Assembly: GCA_029978085.1 (NCBI GenBank)
Contig: JAPOJV010000002.1
Location: 1-58,010 of the forward strand
DNA: 58,010 nucleotides
Reading direction: 5' to 3'
DNA from: a bacterium
GTDB lineage: Bacteria; Planctomycetota; Planctomycetia; Pirellulales; UBA1268
This document shows, in pieces, positions 49,001-58,010 of the stretch; the first letter of the stretch is position 1; each line of letters opens with the position of its first letter. The notes below the pieces were generated by a model that saw only the letters and a list, made by a program, of their open reading frames with translations, ran no database searches and was not told where the DNA came from. Both the position numbers and the translations under genes were made by a program.

Positions 49001-49993
49001 ATGGTGCACACGCTTCCTTCAGGACGCGGCCGCCCGGCGTTCAGTCTCGTGGAACTTCTCGTCGTCATCGCCATCGTCGGCGTGCTCGTCGCCCTGCTCC
49101 TGCCCGCGGTGCAGTCGGCCCGCGAGGCGGCCCGGCGGACCACCTGCTCCAACAACATTCGGCAGCTCGCACTGAGCCTGCTCGCCTACGAGTCGTCGCA
49201 GGGGCGGCTGCCTGCGGCCACGCTGGTGGAGTCTGGCACGAATACCACCGCCTGCGTTGGCTGCTGGAATCCATGGGATGAGGCCGGCCAGGGTTCCGCT
49301 GCGTATGCGGCCTCGCACAAAGCGGGCGGCACGAGCTGGGTTCTGGAAATCCTTCCGCACATCGATCAGACCTCGATCGCCAATCAATGGAACTGGCTGA
49401 CGAACGTGCGGGGCAACGCGGCCGTCGCCCAAACCGATATCGCCGGCTTCTACTGCCCGAGTCGGCGATCGGGCGTCCGCTCGGCCGACGACAATTCGAT
49501 GCTCCTCGATTCCTCGTGGGTCGGCGGCGGCATCGACTATGCCGGCTGCTACGGCCAGCTCGACGGCTTCCACGACGATGCCACCACAGAGCAGCATCGC
49601 TTCGTCCACCGCGGCTCGAATCCGCAGGTGCTCGGCGGCCCCTTCCGGGCGAACACCGGAGTCACGCTGGCAGCAATCCGCGACGGCCAGACCAACCAGA
49701 TTCTGCTTGCCGAGGCGCAGCGGCTTCCCGTCACCACCGCAGCCGCCGAGTCGGCGAAGAGCCAGGACGGCTGGGCCGTCGGCGGCGCGGCCACGCTGTT
49801 CACGACCGTGTCGGCCGCGATCAACGACGGCCACTTCGAGTCGGCCGGCAGCGAGCACTCCGGTGGCGCGACGATCGCGCTGGCCGACGGCTCGGTGCGA
49901 TTCCTCTCTGACTCGATCAACAGCACCGTCTACCCGCTCCTCGGGTCGATGGCCGACGGCCAGATCGCGAGCATCGAGCAGGCAAACCAGTAA
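49001..49993 (+). CDS. DUF1559 protein with prepilin-type N-terminal methylation motif and H-X9-DG C-terminal motif
   Basis: [34 protein letters not shown]-terminal [18 protein letters not shown]. Confidence 0.9.
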   Translation: MVHTLPSGRGRPAFSLVELLVVIAIVGVLVALLLPAVQSAREAARRTTCSNNIRQLALSLLAYESSQGRLPAATLVESGTNTTACVGCWNPWDEAGQGSAAYAASHKAGGTSWVLEILPHIDQTSIANQWNWLTNVRGNAAVAQTDIAGFYCPSRRSGVRSADDNSMLLDSSWVGGGIDYAGCYGQLDGFHDDATTEQHRFVHRGSNPQVLGGPFRANTGVTLAAIRDGQTNQILLAEAQRLPVTTAAAESAKSQDGWAVGGAATLFTTVSAAINDGHFESAGSEHSGGATIALADGSVRFLSDSINSTVYPLLGSMADGQIASIEQANQ

Positions 49994-50011
49994 CACATGC
50001 GGCAGGCCAGG

Positions 50012-51772
50012 CTACGGCGCCGCGGCGCCCAGCCCGGTCTCCTGCAGGTGTTGCACGAGGATTCGCTGGAGCTCGGCCACGGTCAGGGGGTGATGGTGCA
50101 CCTTTGTGTGCGTCGCCGGCACCATGATCTCGCTCACGGCGGCTTCGGTGTGGGCGCTCGATGCCGCCACGACGCAGTCGTCGCGGCCGCCCGTCAGCGA
50201 CACGTGGCCATTGCCCACGATGCTGTGCACCGTCACCCAGCAGGGCGGCCGCAGCCGCTCGAGCGCCTGGAGCGTCATGGAACTGGGCTCGAGGATGTCC
50301 ACCGTCGAAGGCACCCGCCGCTCGAAGTCGGGGCGAAACGCACCCGGATTCCGGCGGATCACCTCGTCGTGCAACGCCTTGAGCTGGGGCGGCGGACGCA
50401 CGGAGATCGAGGCGAGCCGGCCCACGCCGAGCGAGGCCAGGATCGATCCGCGGTGGGGCGTGGCGATGCAGACCACGCGGTTCACGAACGGCAGCGGCTC
50501 GAAGAAATAGGTCTCACGGACGAACTGCCGCGTCGAGGGATCAAGGTCGATCTGGTCGAAGGGTTTGCAGGCGATCGCCTCCCAGAGCGAGTTGCCCGAC
50601 GCGACCACCTGCAGCTTCGCGTGGAGGCCGCCCATGCTGTGGCCGACGAGCACGATGTTCTTGAGCGCCGGGTCGCGGCCCTCGGGGTCGAGCGTGTGCA
50701 CCGCCCGCCGCAATTCGGCCCGCAGTCGCGCCGCCGACCGCAGAAACGCCGTGCCGGTGGGATAGTGAAAGACCCACGGCTCGAACCGCCGGTGAAACTC
50801 CGGCCAGGCCCGCAGCTCGTTCACGAGGTCGAACCAGGTGCCCTCGTCGCTGGCGAGGCCGTGGATGAACACGACCGGAATCCTGCCCGGCTCGTGCGGC
50901 TGCAGAAACTCGAGCCGCGGCCGCGTGGCCCCCTGTCCGAATGGCTGGAGGTAGCCCTCCACGCCGGACTGCGGCATCGAGGCGAGCATGTCGAGCAGCG
51001 GCGCGGTGAGGTCGGCCGCGAGGTGCGGCCGCGCCGGGCCGATGTGCACCGCCGCGATCTCGATCGGGTTGGCGAGGTCGAGCATCGCGGGGGCGTGATC
51101 ACGGTAGACGGGCCCCGCAAAGGTCTCGAGGAAGTTCTCGTCGCCCGGCATCTTGAACCGCAGCACGGCCGTGGCCGCCAGGGACTGCCGCGCCGGCATG
51201 AAGTCGGTGGCGATCTCGTCGCGCGACCGCTCGACCGTCCGAACGACGACTGGCAGCCCGAAGCCATCGCGAACGTGCCGCTGCGTGATCCGCTTGTCGC
51301 CCCGCTGGCCTTGCGACTCGATCGACTTCACCTGCTCGACGCCGATCGGCAAGGCCTTCGGGCAGAGTGGGATGAAGACCGGCTTCGATGGCGGCCCCAC
51401 CCAGACGCCGCCACGCGCGATCCGACCATGCTGACAGGCCGACTCCAAAAAGCCGGCGAGCCCGTCGGCGTAAAACTCGGCCGCCTCGCAGAGAATCTCC
51501 GGATCGCCCGGGCACACCCACACGGCGTTCCACGCCTCCTCGCAGGCCACGTAGTAGCCGTCGATCGCGTGACGATCGCCCTTCTTCAAGAGGTCGCAGG
51601 AGGCGGCGAGATATTCCTTCGCCTTCCGCAGGTGCCGCTGGGCGATCGGCCGCGGATCCCGCTCGGGGGCCACTCCCGCCGGCGGCTGCAGCGGCGCAGG
51701 CAACGGCGCCGCGACGCCCACGCTCCCCAGCACCGCGATCGCGACCGCGACACCGATTCTCCACGCCCCCAT
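50012..51772 (-). CDS. exported alpha/beta hydrolase (lipase/PGAP1-like)
   Basis: ATG 51772 with GGAG upstream. Signal peptide. Nucleophile elbow VLVGHSMGG. Confidence 0.75.
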   Translation of the reverse strand: MGAWRIGVAVAIAVLGSVGVAAPLPAPLQPPAGVAPERDPRPIAQRHLRKAKEYLAASCDLLKKGDRHAIDGYYVACEEAWNAVWVCPGDPEILCEAAEFYADGLAGFLESACQHGRIARGGVWVGPPSKPVFIPLCPKALPIGVEQVKSIESQGQRGDKRITQRHVRDGFGLPVVVRTVERSRDEIATDFMPARQSLAATAVLRFKMPGDENFLETFAGPVYRDHAPAMLDLANPIEIAAVHIGPARPHLAADLTAPLLDMLASMPQSGVEGYLQPFGQGATRPRLEFLQPHEPGRIPVVFIHGLASDEGTWFDLVNELRAWPEFHRRFEPWVFHYPTGTAFLRSAARLRAELRRAVHTLDPEGRDPALKNIVLVGHSMGGLHAKLQVVASGNSLWEAIACKPFDQIDLDPSTRQFVRETYFFEPLPFVNRVVCIATPHRGSILASLGVGRLASISVRPPPQLKALHDEVIRRNPGAFRPDFERRVPSTVDILEPSSMTLQALERLRPPCWVTVHSIVGNGHVSLTGGRDDCVVAASSAHTEAAVSEIMVPATHTKVHHHPLTVAELQRILVQHLQETGLGAAAP

Positions 51773-51891
51773 CGCCCGTCTCCGCAGGCAGTCCACCCCC
51801 GGAGACTATCGGCCCGCACGAGCCGCAGCCGTGGCCGCATCACCGCAACCGGCAGAGCCTGCCCGGCTTGCCAGGTCAGGCAGCGGAGAAC

Positions 51892-52398
51892 TCAGCCGCG
51901 AGCGAGGCCGGCCGTAGGGGGCTCGGCCACGAGCTCCATGTTCTCGGCGAGATACTTCACCGCCGCCGTCGGCGCGAGATTGAAGTAGATCCGGCCTTCG
52001 GTGATCCACCGGGTGCCGTCGTGGAGAAACTCGGCCGTGGCGGCCTTCGAGAGCGCGACGTTCTCGACGTGCTCCATGCCGCCCCCCTCGACCGCCTCGA
52101 ACTGCACCTCGACGGCCACGAGCGCCTTGAGCCGGCCGGTACGACGATCGCGGGCGTAGACCACATCGTCGTCGAAATCGACGTCGGCCCACCGCAGGCC
52201 GCGGGGCTTGCCAGTGGCGGCGGCCCGCTCGATGAACTTCGCCTCGAGCGGCTCCCGCTGGCGGTGGAAGTCGCGCTGGGCCCGCGCGATTTTCTCCGTC
52301 TGGCGGGCCAGCCGGATCGGCCGCAGGGCGAGCGCCGTGGCGACGCCCGCCGCGGCCGCGATGCAAAACGTCACCGCCAAACCCAGCACCGTGTTCAC
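51892..52398 (-). CDS. membrane-anchored hypothetical protein
   Basis: GTG 52398 preceded by GGGAGG. One N-terminal TM (NTVLGLAVTFCIAAAAGVATALAL). The track ORF starts further up at TTG 52488. Start uncertain. Confidence 0.5.
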   Translation of the reverse strand: MNTVLGLAVTFCIAAAAGVATALALRPIRLARQTEKIARAQRDFHRQREPLEAKFIERAAATGKPRGLRWADVDFDDDVVYARDRRTGRLKALVAVEVQFEAVEGGGMEHVENVALSKAATAEFLHDGTRWITEGRIYFNLAPTAAVKYLAENMELVAEPPTAGLARG

Positions 52399-52643
52399 GG
52401 CCGCGCCTCCCACATGAGTACGGCTGCGGCAGATCACAGTGCCACAGCCACGACAGCACCAGTCTACGACCACCGGCCGGAACGGCAAAAGCGGACGGGG
52501 TGAACAGGGCCTGTGCCGCGGGTTTTCAGCCGCCAGTGCGACTGCCCACTCGCGCCGAACACTTCCCCGGGGTGGTCGCGGCGTGGCAGACTGCCGCCCC
52601 GCCCGCGTTCTCTCATCTCTCCCTCGGCCTCACATTTGCTCGC

Positions 52644-53546
52644 ATGCCTCGCTCCACGCGTCTCACCACCGCCCCGCTCGGCGCCCATCAGTCGATCGCG
52701 GGCGGCTTTCATCGGGCCGTCGATCTCGCGGTCGCCACCGGCTGCGAATCCCTGCAGATTTTCACCCGCAACATCAATCAGTGGGCGGTGAAGCCGATCG
52801 CCGCGGAGGACGCCGCGGCGTTTCGCGCCGCCGTGAAGGCGGCCGGCCTGCGGTTCGTCGTGGCCCACGACTCCTACCTCATCAATCCGGCCGCGGCCGA
52901 CGCGGCGCTCCGCACCAAGTCGATCGCCGGCCTGGCCGAGGAGATCCGCCGCGCGGAGCAGCTCGACATCCCATGGGTGGTGGCCCATCCGGGCGCGGCG
53001 GGCGAGCAGCCGGTCGAGGTCGCCGTAGCCCGTGCTGCCGACGGCATCGCCGAGGCGCTCGGCGACACACGCGACTGCGCCGCCGGCGTGCTCATCGAGA
53101 CCACGGCCGGCCAGGGCTCGTGCCTGGGCGCGACGTTCGAGGAGATCGCCACGATGCTCGAGCGGATCGACGCCGTGAAGGGCCTCAAGCCACGGGCGGC
53201 CGTCTGCCTCGACACCTGCCACGTGTTCGCGGCCGGCTATCCGCTCGCCCCGAAGACGGCGCTCGATGACACACTCCGCCAGTTCGACCGCACGATCGGT
53301 CTCAAGCGACTGAAGCTCATCCACGCCAACGACTCGAAGCGGGAACTCGGCTCCCGGGTGGACCGCCACGAGGCGATCGGGAAGGGCAAAATCGGCCCCG
53401 AGGCCTTCAAGCTCATCATGACCCACCCGAAGCTCGCCGGCATCCCGCTGATCCTCGAGACCCCGAAGGAAGGCCCCGACGGCAAGGCGACGCCGAAGAA
53501 CGACCGCACGAACCTCGCCCTGCTCCGCCGCTTCCGCGGGGCGTGA
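52644..53546 (+). CDS. nfo: deoxyribonuclease IV (endonuclease IV)
   Basis: ATG 52644. LGAHQSIAGG, LQIFTRN, HDSYLINP, VVAHPG, LIETTAGQG, CLDTCH, HANDS. Confidence 0.9.
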   Translation: MPRSTRLTTAPLGAHQSIAGGFHRAVDLAVATGCESLQIFTRNINQWAVKPIAAEDAAAFRAAVKAAGLRFVVAHDSYLINPAAADAALRTKSIAGLAEEIRRAEQLDIPWVVAHPGAAGEQPVEVAVARAADGIAEALGDTRDCAAGVLIETTAGQGSCLGATFEEIATMLERIDAVKGLKPRAAVCLDTCHVFAAGYPLAPKTALDDTLRQFDRTIGLKRLKLIHANDSKRELGSRVDRHEAIGKGKIGPEAFKLIMTHPKLAGIPLILETPKEGPDGKATPKNDRTNLALLRRFRGA

Positions 53547-53560
53547 TGCGGCGACGTGCC

Positions 53561-53646
53561 CGCAGGCCTGTCACGCCGCGTGGGCCTGTCACGCCGTGAC
53601 AGGTTTTTCCGGTCACGGCGTGACCGGGCTACCGTGACCGGGCTAC
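53561..53646. repeat. Mosaic palindromic element, copy F (inverted orientation relative to A/B/E)
   Basis: CCTGTCACGCC half-site (53567-53577). CCTGTCACGCCGTGACAGG (53585-53603) + T5. CCGGTCACGGCGTGACCGG (53609-53627). GCTACCGTGACCGGGCTAC. Confidence 0.9.
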
Positions 53647-53670
53647 AGCTCCGCAACAGTTGGCCAGTGA

Positions 53671-53802
53671 GGGGCTGCCCGTGCCCCAGGAGCCGGCGTA
53701 TGCCGCCGAGCGCAGGCAGGATGCCGAAGCGAAGGCGGCATCCGAGCGAGCGAAGGCATGGATGCCGTAGCGAGCGTCCGGCGACGGGGCACGGGCAGCC
53801 CC
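53671..53802. repeat. 132-bp element bounded by perfect 17-bp inverted repeats, with internal ~20-21-nt direct repeats
   Basis: GGGGCTGCCCGTGCCCC (53671-53687) versus GGGGCACGGGCAGCCCC (53786-53802). Inside are four (G)ATGCCG..AGCGA..GGC-type units and the hairpin GGATGCCG/CGGCATCC (53719-53743). Confidence 0.7.
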
Positions 53803-53878
53803 GAACCTTCACCACAGGAGGTCGACCTGCGGAGGAAGAGACGGGCCTGCAGTATTCGTACCGTGGGCCGCACACGGA

Positions 53879-53912
53879 GCGTGCGGACGACGGCGCATGC
53901 GTGCGGACGACG
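53879..53912. repeat. 14-bp direct repeat x2 (GCGTGCGGACGACG) with 6-bp spacer
   Basis: 53879-53892 and 53899-53912, immediately 3' of the metal-permease stop. Confidence 0.8.
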
Positions 53913-53921
53913 AGGAGGCCG

Positions 53922-55202
53922 TCAGGCCTCGGGCGGGATGTCACTGCCGTGGGGATCACCCGCGGCGCCGACTTCGGCCTCGATCCGCTGTCTCATCGCG
54001 GCGCCGAGATGATGCTCGACCCATTCCGCCGGCGGATGCAGGTGGTCGAGCGGAAGCTGAGCGTGCTGTCCCAGCCAGGCCTCCCAGAGGCGGTGCGACC
54101 GCACCACCATTTCCGCCTCGCGTCGGCCTGCCGACGAGAGCGCGAGCCCGCCGGCACGCCCCACGAACCGGCCCGTGAGCCGCAGCCAGCCCACGGCAAG
54201 CCGCTGCACGAGTGAGACGGGCGCGGTAGCCGCCGTCCCCTTCTCCTCGGCCCGCCATACGGCGGCGAGCCGATCTTCACAGAGCACCCGCCAGGCATAC
54301 CGCAGCCGGCCGAGGCCCCGAGCCACGAGGCCGTCGTCGGCCGCGAGCACCACCGCCGCGACATATTCGAGCCCGAGCACGACGGCGATCATTCCCGCTG
54401 CGCTCGCATTCCAGCGCCAGGCCGCGAGATAGCCGAGGCATGTGCCGACGACCGCCAGCGCGACCGCAACCAGCACCATGTGGTGCAGCCTGCGGACGAG
54501 CAGTTCCGCGGCGGCCGCAGGCACCACGAGCATCGCCACCACGAGCACGGCCCCCACCACTTCGAAGCCGGCCACGGTGGCCAGGGCCGTCGCGGCGAGC
54601 AGCCCGCCGGTGACTGCGGCGACGGGCACGCCAGCCGCCCGCGCCGCATCGGCATCGAACGCGGTGAACACCTGCAGCTTCCAGGTCGCGATCGCGGCCG
54701 TGGTGAGCGTTCCCAGCACGACGGCTGCAGAGATGAAACCTCGAGGCACCTCAAGGTCGCCGATTGAAACAGTGTCGAACGGCACGAGTTCGAGGATGCC
54801 GTAGAGCATGCACGAGGGATCGAGATCGACTCGCGAGGCGGCGGCCGTCACGATCACCACGCCGAGCGCGAAAAGCGTCGTGAATACGACGCCGGTTCCC
54901 GCGTCGTCGGAGAGACTGCCTGCGGATCGAACGAGCCGCGTCAGCCAGACGGTGAGCAGCCCCGTGGCGACGGCGGCGGCGAACACGAACGGGCTGCCGG
55001 GGCGGCCGCCGGCCAGCACGGCGACAGCGATGCCGGGGAGCACGGCATGGCCGAGTGCGTCGCCAAGCAGGCTCATGCGCCGCACGACGAGCAACGTGCC
55101 CACGAGTGCGCAGGCCGCGGCCACCGTGGCGGCCGTGGCGATCGCCCAGGCGTGCATGGCGGTCGCGCCGTCGATCGACCAGCCGTCGAGCACAGGGTTC
55201 AT
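53922..55202 (-). CDS. ABC-3 family metal (Mn/Zn/Fe) transporter permease fused to a C-terminal DtxR/MntR-like domain
   Basis: ATG 55202 (ATGA overlap with the upstream permease). About 290 aa of TroD/MntD-like TM domain (RRMSLLGDALGHAVLPG…). The last ~135 aa carry SHRLWEAWL…AEWVEHHL…DPHGSDIP, like the DtxR dimerisation/metal-binding domain. Confidence 0.8.
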   Translation of the reverse strand: MNPVLDGWSIDGATAMHAWAIATAATVAAACALVGTLLVVRRMSLLGDALGHAVLPGIAVAVLAGGRPGSPFVFAAAVATGLLTVWLTRLVRSAGSLSDDAGTGVVFTTLFALGVVIVTAAASRVDLDPSCMLYGILELVPFDTVSIGDLEVPRGFISAAVVLGTLTTAAIATWKLQVFTAFDADAARAAGVPVAAVTGGLLAATALATVAGFEVVGAVLVVAMLVVPAAAAELLVRRLHHMVLVAVALAVVGTCLGYLAAWRWNASAAGMIAVVLGLEYVAAVVLAADDGLVARGLGRLRYAWRVLCEDRLAAVWRAEEKGTAATAPVSLVQRLAVGWLRLTGRFVGRAGGLALSSAGRREAEMVVRSHRLWEAWLGQHAQLPLDHLHPPAEWVEHHLGAAMRQRIEAEVGAAGDPHGSDIPPEA

Positions 55203-56116
55203 CGAAGCCGCCTCATGCCCGGGGGTGGCTCGAGCGTCACCTGCTGGTGGCGACGAGCGAGCCAGCCACGCCGGGGCGCGATCAGGAGCGACACGATGCA
55301 GATCGTCGCCGCGGCCAGCACGACGAGCGGCCCGGTGGGCATCCGGGGCACGACGGCGCTCACCGCCACGCCGACAATCGCTGCCACGAGGCCGAACGTG
55401 CCGCCGAGCACGAGGAGCGTCGGGACGCGATCGGTCCACTGCCGCGCCGCCACCGGTGGGATCACGACGAGCGCCGTCACGAGCACGGCCCCGGCTGCCG
55501 GCAGGCCCACGACCACCATCACGGCCACGAGCGTCACGAGTACCTGGTCGATGAGCCCCACGGGCCAGCCCGTCGCGGCGGCGAAGTCGGCGTCGAACGC
55601 CACGAGCGTCGCCTCCTTGAGGCCGAGGAGCACGACCGCCACTGCGACCGCCGACACCACGGCGAGCAGCACTGCATCGCGGACCGTGAGCGCCGCGGTG
55701 TGGCCGAGCAGAAACTGCTCGAGCCCTGCGCTGCCGGGCAGGCCACGTGCTGTGATCCCGGAGAGCAGCGCGATGCCGAGGCCGAAGCCGACGCCGATCA
55801 CGATCGCGGTGGCCGCGTCGTCACGGGTGCGGGTGAACCGCCGCACGAGTACCAGGGCGGCGAGGCCCGCCACCGCGGCGACGAGCGCGCCAGTGAGCAG
55901 CGTCGGCAGATCACGGCGGCCGGTGAGTAGAAACGCCGCGGCGACACCGACGAGCGTGGTGTGTGCCGCGGCATCGCCGATGAGCGGCCGCTTCCGCAGG
56001 AGGCTCAGACTCCCCACGACTCCCGCAGCGCAGCCCACGGCGGCGACGCCGGCCGCCACGACGAGCGTGTTGTGGGTGAGCGCAGGTGCCGCGGCGAGGC
56101 ATGCGGTTGGACTCAT
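55199..56116 (-). CDS. ABC-3 family metal transporter permease
   Basis: 305 aa. [18 protein letters not shown] and 8-9 TM helices. ATGA overlap with the ATPase gene. Confidence 0.85.
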   Translation of the reverse strand: MSPTACLAAAPALTHNTLVVAAGVAAVGCAAGVVGSLSLLRKRPLIGDAAAHTTLVGVAAAFLLTGRRDLPTLLTGALVAAVAGLAALVLVRRFTRTRDDAATAIVIGVGFGLGIALLSGITARGLPGSAGLEQFLLGHTAALTVRDAVLLAVVSAVAVAVVLLGLKEATLVAFDADFAAATGWPVGLIDQVLVTLVAVMVVVGLPAAGAVLVTALVVIPPVAARQWTDRVPTLLVLGGTFGLVAAIVGVAVSAVVPRMPTGPLVVLAAATICIVSLLIAPRRGWLARRHQQVTLEPPPGMRRLR

Positions 56117-56898
56117 GTCGTGCGGCTCCTGGCGGCGACGGCCTGGCCGATCTCCTGGAGCAGATCGACCTGGCCCGCATACGTCCGCCGCAGGTTGTCG
56201 GGCGTGAGCACCTCGGCGGTCGGCCCCGTGGCCACCAGCCGCATGTCGATCAGGGCCACGCGATCGAACCACGTCGCGGCCGTGCGGAGGTCGTGATGCA
56301 CCACGACCACGAGCCGCCCCTCCGATCGCAGGCCGGCGAGCACGCCGAAGATCTGCTCCTGCGACCGGGCATCGACGCCGGCCATCGGCTCATCGAGAAA
56401 GTAGATATCGGCCTCTTGGGCGAGCGCACGGGCGAGGAACACCCGCTGCTGCTGGCCCCCCGAGAGCCGGCCGATCTGCCGGTCGGCCACGTCGATGAGG
56501 CCCACGCGATCGAGGCACTCGCGGGCGAGCGACCGCTCACGACTGCCGGGGCGGCGAAACCAGCCGAGCCGGCCATACGTGCCCATAAGCACGACGTCCA
56601 TCACGCTCACGGGAAAATCCCAGTCCACCGTCTCCCGCTGCGGCACGTAGCCCACGCGGCGGCGAACGTCCGCCAGCGGCCGGCCCCAGAACCGCGCAGT
56701 GCCGTGCACGAGCGGCACGAGACCGAGACCGCTCTTGAGGAGCGTGCTCTTGCCGGCGCCGTTGGGCCCGATGATTCCGAACAGGCAGGGCTCGGTGATC
56801 GTGAGGTCCACGTTCCAGAGCACGGGCCGCCCGCTGTAGGCGACCGTCACGTCGTGAAACTCCACGACCGGCGGCGCGGAACTGCCAGCGTCGGCCAC
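56113..56898 (-). CDS. metal ABC transporter ATP-binding protein
   Basis: GTG 56898 with AGGAGG 5 nt upstream. Walker [10 protein letters not shown], signature LSGGQQQR, Walker B IYFLDEP. Confidence 0.88.
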   Translation of the reverse strand: MADAGSSAPPVVEFHDVTVAYSGRPVLWNVDLTITEPCLFGIIGPNGAGKSTLLKSGLGLVPLVHGTARFWGRPLADVRRRVGYVPQRETVDWDFPVSVMDVVLMGTYGRLGWFRRPGSRERSLARECLDRVGLIDVADRQIGRLSGGQQQRVFLARALAQEADIYFLDEPMAGVDARSQEQIFGVLAGLRSEGRLVVVVHHDLRTAATWFDRVALIDMRLVATGPTAEVLTPDNLRRTYAGQVDLLQEIGQAVAARSRTT

Positions 56899-56899
56899 G

Positions 56900-57895
56900 T
56901 CAGCCTCCTGCGGCGGCGGGCTGCGGAGCCTGCTCTGCCGTGTCGGCATCGGCCTGCGCTTCAGTGGTGAGCCCGGCCACGATGGCCCCGACGTTGGCCC
57001 GCAGCGCACCGGCAAGCGTGTCGCCGCCACTGCCCGGCTCACCCAGAGAATCAGAGTAGAGCCGGCCGCCGAGCCGCACGGCGTGGCCCCGGGCCGCGGC
57101 CCCTTCGACGAGGGCCGCCACGTTGCGGTCCGACACGCTCGTCTCGACGAACACGGCCGGAATGTTCCGCGTCACGAGCATGTCCACGAGCCGATTGATG
57201 TCGCCGAGCCCGGCCTCGCTCTCGGTGCTCGTGCCCTGCACGCCGACGACCTCGATGCCATACGCCCGACCGAAATACTGAAACGCATCGTGCGCCGTCA
57301 CGAGCACGCGGCGGCTGTCTGGGATCGTCGCAATCCGCGCCTCGAGTTCGCCGTCGAGGGCGACGAGCGCCGCCGCATACGCCGCCCCACGGCTGCGATA
57401 CTCCTCGGCATGCGGCGGATCGAGGGCCGCCAGTGCGTCGACGACGGCTGGTACGCAGCCGCTCCAGAGGGCGGCGTCGAACCAGACGTGCGGGTCGTAG
57501 AGATCTGTTGCGACCGGCAGAAGCCGATCCTTCGGCAGCGTGTCTGCGACCGCCACGACCGGCACCTTCCGGCCGAGCCGCTCCAGCAGATCGGCGAGCT
57601 TGCCCTCGAGGTGCAGGCCGGAGGCGACGACGAGGTCGGCCGCAGCGAGCCGGTCGGCATCCCGCGGGGTCGCCCTGTAGGAATGCGGGTCGATCCCCGC
57701 CGCCATCAGGCAGTCGATCGTGACGCGGTCGCCCGCCACCTGCCGCACGAGGTCGGCGACGACCGTCGTGGTGGCGATGACCCGCGGCCGGCCCGCAGCG
57801 GGAGCCGCTGGGTCTCGCTCGGCAGTCGGTCCGCAGCCGCCGGCAACTGCCGCGACCGCAACCAGCACCGCGGCTTTCGATCGACCAAAAAACAT
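56900..57895 (-). CDS. metal ABC transporter substrate-binding lipoprotein (ZnuA/TroA/MntC family)
   Basis: ATG 57895. Lipobox [38 protein letters not shown]. Confidence 0.88.
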   Translation of the reverse strand: MFFGRSKAAVLVAVAAVAGGCGPTAERDPAAPAAGRPRVIATTTVVADLVRQVAGDRVTIDCLMAAGIDPHSYRATPRDADRLAAADLVVASGLHLEGKLADLLERLGRKVPVVAVADTLPKDRLLPVATDLYDPHVWFDAALWSGCVPAVVDALAALDPPHAEEYRSRGAAYAAALVALDGELEARIATIPDSRRVLVTAHDAFQYFGRAYGIEVVGVQGTSTESEAGLGDINRLVDMLVTRNIPAVFVETSVSDRNVAALVEGAAARGHAVRLGGRLYSDSLGEPGSGGDTLAGALRANVGAIVAGLTTEAQADADTAEQAPQPAAAGG

Positions 57896-58010
57896 TGTGA
57901 GGAGCCTCAAAAAGTTAAGGATACCCGGGGCACGGCCCGCTCCGCAACCACCGGCGCGTTGACCAGAATGTTCCATACTCGTAAGGTCTCGTTGGAATGA
58001 CTGCCCTGCG

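Noticed and set aside
57960-58000. TTGACC-N17-TAAGGT promoter-like pair on the plus strand at the right edge, and a possible metal-regulator operator upstream of the ABC operon
   Set aside because: The -10 match is poor. The only dyad nearby (ATG-TTC-CAT) has 3-bp arms. There is not enough evidence for either.

Overview
High-G+C bacterial chromosomal segment. Its gene content points to Planctomycetota: a DUF1559 / H-X9-DG pseudopilin-like protein, a TIGR03067-type protein, many exported hypothetical proteins and an MfnB-like C1-cofactor gene. I support about 55 protein genes. Housekeeping genes are rho, glpK, rnd, acnA and nfo. Transporters are a CitMHS/NhaD-like permease, a POT peptide transporter, an MMPL/RND transporter and a TroABCD-like metal ABC operon. 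There is one tRNA-Ser(CGA). The long ORFs lying antisense to these genes in the six-frame track are GC-driven shadow ORFs. Four things stand out. (1) A mosaic palindromic MITE/BIME-like repeat family (core GTCACGSCGTGAC, outer end GTAGCCCGGTCACGCCGTGAC, internal 33-bp units) sits at six convergent gene junctions and supplies the stop codons and C-terminal tails of several flanking genes. (2) A lower-G+C region of about 10 kb (about 19.2-29.2 kb) abuts the 3' end of tRNA-Ser and ends in an integrase remnant, a truncated methyltransferase and a frameshifted hydrolase, so it looks like a decayed genomic island. It carries an exported Cys-rich Csp-like protein, an Fcy1-type cytosine deaminase and a membrane-anchored peroxiredoxin. 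(3) An orphan strong intrinsic terminator, preceded by a hairpin and a C10 tract, lies between acnA and a 5'-nucleotidase gene and is a candidate sRNA. (4) A possible lipid module combines an alpha-oxoamine synthase fused to an ACP-like domain lacking the phosphopantetheine serine, an MMPL transporter, a SET-domain protein and an EEP-family enzyme. All domain calls come from reading motifs in the translations, not from database searches. Start codons are my best choice and several are uncertain.
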